Part shown: in pieces, positions 58,021 through 64,000 of the stretch
Position numbering within the stretch: position 1 is the stretch's first letter
Layout: every line of letters begins with the position of its first letter
Assembly: GCA_002633005.1 (NCBI GenBank)
Contig: NMRA01000250.1
Coordinates: 277,291-341,290 of the forward strand
Direction: 5' to 3'
Length of the DNA: 64,000 nt
From: Phoronis australis
Taxonomy: Eukaryota > Animalia > Phoronida
Position numbers and translations under genes: made by a program
Notes under the pieces: generated by a model
What the model saw: the letters and a program-made list of their open reading frames with translations, nothing else
Told to the model about the DNA's origin: nothing
The model's database searches: none

Positions 58021-61000
58021 ATACACCCTTATCCTTTCTCCAACTCACGATACCTCAATAAAACACGATCACCGCCTCCTAGAAGTACGTACATACTGGA
58101 TCACACAGGGCTGTGCTTGAAACAGAACTGGAGTACCACACAAGTACCTGAGGTGACTAAACCATCTCTACCTATGAACCACGATTGTATTCAAAGTGCA
58201 CTGTATAGCCTGACAAAATATTTCACAAATAATTCTTTCAAATAGCCTTCAAATGAACTCTGTTATGATTCCTGATTAGAGACAAAAACAGTACCCCATG
58301 TCTGAAACACCACACAGACTGTTACTGAGATGAGTGAAGAGTCCAACACTTACTGACAAGACTCATCAGTTTTGTGCCTGACATGTAACCTTTGTGGTGC
58401 TACCCAAATCAGGATAGGCTATACAAAACCAAGAGCAGAATACTTAATAAATCATACAGTCGATCTCAATTTCCGAACGCATTTCCCTTCCCATCAATGT
58501 GGAGAAATACATTCACAGTATCATTCACGAAATAAATGCAAAAATTTAAATATTAAAATGGTTCACCTGTCTGCCATCAAATAGCCCAAAAATGATGTAA
58601 AATCCACGCAGCCTTACTGTGTTCATGACCCAATCGACTTGGGTATAACCCCAATTAGCAAAGTGTGATTGCATTTTATCCAGCATCATACATCTGCATA
58701 TAATCTGAACCAGTTGAGCTTAAATTATCAACAATCTCACATCCAAACATCATGTCAATGAGTCATGTACCTGACAAGGGTCACAATTTTGATTTTTTCA
58801 TGTTAAGCGCTCCTATCATGACTTGACAGGATAAATCCAGTACTTGAACAATGATAATCATGTAGATAAGGTGACATTTGTAGCAACATCATGGTTCAAA
58901 CAATGACCTACGTGTCTAAATACCTACGTCCAATCTTTAAACAACAGCAGTCATACTCCATTTTACCTGAGCAAAGTTCAAGGTAAGGGAGGTCTATATA
59001 TAATAATTCTACCTGCAGGATGTGAGGCCCTGATAGTGATCTCTCATTATGTCGATTCGATAACAATGGACACCAGCAGTACCTAGTGCATTGTGGGTAA
59101 ATATCAGTGAACAAAAAATGATTGGTGCCACAACATAGAACAAACACAGTGATATCACTGAATAGATATGAATCATTATCTAGTGTTGACTATTAACACT
59201 CAACTGTGGTAACGGCATAAAATCGCTTGCTAAGTTTAGGTGTCAGTTTAGTGGATGCACACCCTTAAAAAAGCTGCAAGTTAAACAAGAAACGATGGGA
59301 GGCATCCTCAGATAAATGTCAGTTTTCTTTATTGTTGAAATTTCCCAGGCTGCATGTTGTGTATTGCGGCATATTACAACCTGTTTTAAGTGACAATTCC
59401 GAATACAATTTATAATGTCACATCAAGTGGACAGCATTTAGGATGTACAGTCTGTTGCCATGGAATCTCAATACTCCCACACTCACAATGCGATTACACC
59501 TGCATGCATATCACATATTGTATCCACTTGCAATGCGATTACACGTGAATGCATATCTCATGTTATATCCACAAGATAAAATGTTCAACTTGAACTTGTG
59601 TGTTATCAAGGGTCACAAATTCACGTTTTGAAGGTACAAAGTTACTCTATTTTTCTAATTTATTACATGAGGGACACCTGATCAGGGTAAGAAGCTTTAC
59701 CATGACCTTTCAATACCATCAATGGTCTATCAAGCTCAGGCTTGAAATCTATAATCATGACTTAAATCCAGGTATCTGTCATATAATATATGTATACATA
59801 AAACACATAAATTGTAGGTTAAAATCTCACCTATTTAGAGCACAATATGGTGGACAGGTGAAATTTCATTTTCTCATTTCCTTACAAATGACACACAGTG
59901 CCAATATTAATATTTGCCATATTTTAGTGTACCAGAACAATGTTAGCAAAGCTTGACCATGAAGACAGTACCATTTGGGTAATTAAAACTTGGTTCAAAA
60001 TTGGAGACATTTACGGTACTCCAAACAAATTATCTACCAACCACATTGAAGCTGTAAACTTCAAGATGCCACAGCCTCCAAGTCCATCATGGGTCCACCT
60101 TGCTTTGGCTTCGAAAGCCATGGCATCTCAAGGTTCATGACTGATTCAGCTATTTCTGATATTACGGTAAAAATTCCCCAAATTTGGGACAGTGAAAATT
60201 TAAATTAATTGTTTCGCTCAATGTTAGAGCTTGTCCCAAATTCAAGAAGCAGGCAATATTAGCCATTCCAAATTCAAGAATCACTGGAAAGACGGCAAAA
60301 TTACCCAATCTGTAGATTGGTAACACATTGTACAAAATTTGAGAAATATTGTGAACGCCAAACTTGCCCTTTCCCAAACTCCAGAATTAAGGAAATTCAA
60401 TTTTTGCTGGAGTTCCATGTCCCAATTTCAACAGAATGTCCCAAATTGGAGAATTTCCCCACATAAATTAGATACATAAATTATCGATACATAAAATTCT
60501 GTAGCAGCTTAGGCTGGGATCCTTCTTAACAAATCATAGAGAAGTTAAAGATCCCTTATATCAACAATAAGAAGTTAAAGATCCCTTATATCAACAATAA
60601 GCCTCATTCTTAACAAACAAAGTCATAAAATGAAAGTCCTGGCACTTTTCAAAGGAAGAAACAGAAAGCAGACAGTGACACAGTTTTGTACAAACCTACT
60701 AAGTTACAACACCACAGAAGCACAAGTTAAAGCACGTTAAATAAATGTGTCGAAGTCAAAAGATGTAACTATCAGCTGAAAAAGGTAGAAATGGGTTATA
60801 TTGACATAAACATCCACATACAGGGTTAAGAAAACAGAGATTCCAGCATACTGCCAAGCAAATTCCCACTTGCGTTATTAATTGTAGGTAGGAGACAATG
60901 AGTCTTTTAACTTATTTTACCTTAAAATGACACAAAATCAAAAGGGGGAGCCCTTTTCCATACTCAGGTAGTTGCTAACTCAGTGTCCACAAGCTCAACA

Positions 61001-61547
61001 AAGTTCAAGCACTAAATACTCATTTCGCACAAAAATAGTTGCCAAAATTGTCTTTTTTCCATTTTTCGAATGCTGATTACTTTACTGTAAATAATGAAAA
61101 TTATACCAAAAGTTGATTTGTGACATCTACACAGTAAAAACCATGCTAGTAATAGACAAGAAGTTTCTTATTTATTTTTGAGGACAAAATAGAATTTCAC
61201 ATACCGGCCATATTGTGCGTTAAATAAGTGAGAAAATATCGTACAATATTTATTATATTAACATTTGAATTAACACAAGACCAAGACACGGTCAATCTAA
61301 TCTTCACAGGGCATTTTTAGAAATTCGGTGCTGGTACTGCAGGCAAGCTAAAAGTGTGCTCTCAGGAAATTTTGTACCAGTTATTTAACCTTAAATTTCA
61401 GCGGTTAAAATTCTGACCACTCACGTGGCATTTATCTTGAATTATTTTCAATGGTAGGCAGCTTACAATAAAGAATCACAAGCAAACTGGAAGTCATGAG
61501 TTATGCCTCCCACAACAATTTCGAACAACGAGGGGGAACATTTACAT

Positions 61548-61827
61548 AACAGTATGCCGTTTGCCCAACAGTATGCCGTTTGCCCAACAGTATGCCGTTT
61601 GCCCAACAGTATGCCGTTTGCCCAACAGTATGCCGTTTGCCCAACAGTATGCCGTTTGCGCAACAGTATGCCGTTTGCCCAACAGTTTGCCGTTTGCCCA
61701 ACAGTATGCTGTTTGCCCAACAGTTTGCTGTTTGCCTAACAGGATGCTGTTTTCCTAAAAGTAAGCTGTTTGCCCAACAGTATGCTGTTTGCCCAACAGT
61801 ATGCTGTTTGCCTAACAGTATGCTGTC
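61548..61827. repeat. 19-bp minisatellite, about 14 copies, degenerating rightwards
   Basis: Unit aacagtatgccgtttgccc. Confidence 0.95.
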
Positions 61828-62804
61828 ACCAGTTAAGGATTAGTAATATCATGTTTTACCCCTATTGTTTCATTCAACTCATCAAGCTGCGACAACTGCT
61901 CTTCCAAAGCCTACAACAAAACAACATACATTAACTGTCATGTCACTAATACAAGTGCACGCTGAAATTGAATGCATGTGACACTGCTTCATTCATAAAA
62001 CACATGAAACAACATTATAAACCCGTGTTCCGACAATAACACATTTTTTTTAATTTAGACCAATTACTGCTCCAAACCTGAGGCCTATGTTATCAAAGGT
62101 TTTAAGCATGGTCTCAGCTAAGATGGCCAAAGGAGGAACATTTTTACAAAAAAATTAATATGTGGCATTTTTGCGTGAAAGAAACGATTGACACAAACAT
62201 CACAGAAGATCAGATTCAAGCCGAACGCCCACCTTCTGAACCACATTAATGAATTGTTTGGCCAACAAAACTTGAAGATACGACCATCTTAGTCAAAGCG
62301 AGAGTATAACCTTTGACAAAATAGTGCCCTGGTCTGAACCTGTTGTTTATTCAGATGAGAAATTATTCCGGGCTTGGACAGAACTGACGGATCATAGTTG
62401 GTCGGCTCCAAGCTTAGAGGAAAAAATGCCTCACCGTGACAAGCCAACTTCTTGTGCCTGGTCTAAAGCAAATTAACTACAAATGAAAGTTCATTCCACC
62501 CCAACATCACCTCTAAGTTGAGAGCAATCTCATGCTTGTAAATGGAATAAATTAAATTTAATTTCTAACAGAGGGATGGTTTAGCCAGCTTTAGAATCAC
62601 TAATTGCTATCACAAATTCTACTTAATCACACTAAATAATGTACAGTACACCCTGAAATTTCTCTATTTTCAAAATTGACTCTCAGGGAGGCTAAAATGT
62701 CTACTTTCAAATTGACTCTCATGGAGCTGGGGAAATACTGGAACATGTTTTATTAAATATGTCAATAAATATTCAGTCACAATAAAATGGCTATCATTTT
62801 ATAC

Positions 62805-62882
62805 CTCGAACATATTAGAAGACTTCAACTTTTGACTGACACTTTCTTTGTCCACACTGACTCCATCTATTGGCTGATTTTC
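62805..62882 (-). CDS. PHLDB1: Candidate upstream PHLDB exon (ENQPIDGVSVDKESVSQKLKSSNMFE); may contain the start ATG (MFE)
   Basis: cttcttttcag acceptor, GAG|gtataa donor; 78 nt, ends in phase 0, compatible with the exon at 53046; no homology recognised. Confidence 0.45.
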
Positions 62883-64000
62883 CTGAAAAGAAGTAGGCCT
62901 GTGTGTGCACTTGGAAAAACCAACTGCAGTTATGCACCAAGTGGTGTTTAACATCTTCCTGATATAATAGTAATTTTCAAACCACAATTTCACAGCATGA
63001 GGTTATTTTGTAGCATGATTTTAGCTGATATTTGAGATATTGCACTTCAGTACAAGCAAGGCATGGTAATCCTGAAGATAGGACTTCTCTCAAGTGGTTG
63101 TGTCATCCAAGCTTTGATGATAAAACCAAAGTACATAAGGCTAGAGGAAAGGTCGAGTTTGCATAGACTAAGAAAATAAATTATGACACATCCAAAATGC
63201 ACCCTAGCATGCTAAGTTAGGTTGTGTAACCTAGTCTACCTGTGGTGAGTCATCGACACCATTCATTTCTATTGGTGCTGTGTTTTCGACGCCATCTATT
63301 GGTGAGATATCCTACAATGAACAATACCATGCAGTCACAATGCTTGGCTGGTGGCGTAAAACCTGAAATGTTTAATTTGTGCTAACATTAAGTTTTTGCT
63401 GTTGAAACTATTGCCTTTATAAATAGCCTCACAAACTTAAAATTCCATGCACATTGTAAATGGAAACAATCTGTAGAAGATTTACCAGGTTGATTCATTG
63501 ATGTTTGAATGGAGTCCATTTACAACACACTGGATTATTGGGATAAAAAGTGAACATAATCAGAGGTTTAACAGCAGCAAAATTCTCATCTCAAAAACAA
63601 GGTAATTTACCACATCTAATTGCAAGTAGATGCTTTACAAGTGAATAGAAAAGTACGCCTCACGGACGGAAAGAACAGAAGAGGTGGTTGAATTCCATAA
63701 CCGAAGGTTAAGCAATTTTGTAATGTGCAGCAAAGACCTTCGACCGGTCTGACAAGGCAAAACAGGCAGCGATTTGACAATTTGATCTCTGAGACAGATC
63801 TTGGAACAGGACCAGGTAAAGAGGGCTGCTTCTCAAAGAGTCTATTGTTTTTTTGGCTAAAAATCAGTTGAAGGATAGCATATCAATCAGCATCAAGCTA
63901 AGAAAGTTTGTCTAAAGCTCCAAGCCAAAAGACAAAAATCCATAGCTTGCTCAGGAGCAGACTAAAAGCCGGTCAAAAGACAAAAATATCAACTTATGGT

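Overview
AT-rich animal genomic DNA with spliceosomal GT-AG introns. It is probably an invertebrate bilaterian and possibly a mollusc; the taxon is an inference. Two host genes lie tail-to-tail. (1) On +, the last six coding exons of a sortilin-related receptor (SORL1/SorLA): FN3 repeats, a TM helix, the FANSHY motif and the C-terminal DDEPLVVA; stop at 11660-11662. (2) On -, nearly all of a PHLDB/LL5-family gene: FHA domain, a 2-kb disordered exon, coiled coils and a C-terminal PH domain. Its 14 in-frame exons span 53046..18677, and there are candidate extra exons. Introns and the intergenic space are dense with DNA-transposon remnants: TTAA-flanked Kolobok-like elements whose long TIRs each contain a THAP ORF start, an internally deleted ISL2EU-like THAP + SWIM element nested in a Helentron-type HINE, Harbinger- and hAT-like MITEs, and a 110-bp hairpin MITE family. 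There are many minisatellites. A Penelope-type minimal hammerhead ribozyme motif sits in a 48-bp inverted repeat downstream of the SORL1 stop. Two single-N junctions carry near-identical duplications, most likely haplotype-overlap assembly artefacts. All calls come from manual reading and translation; no searches were run.
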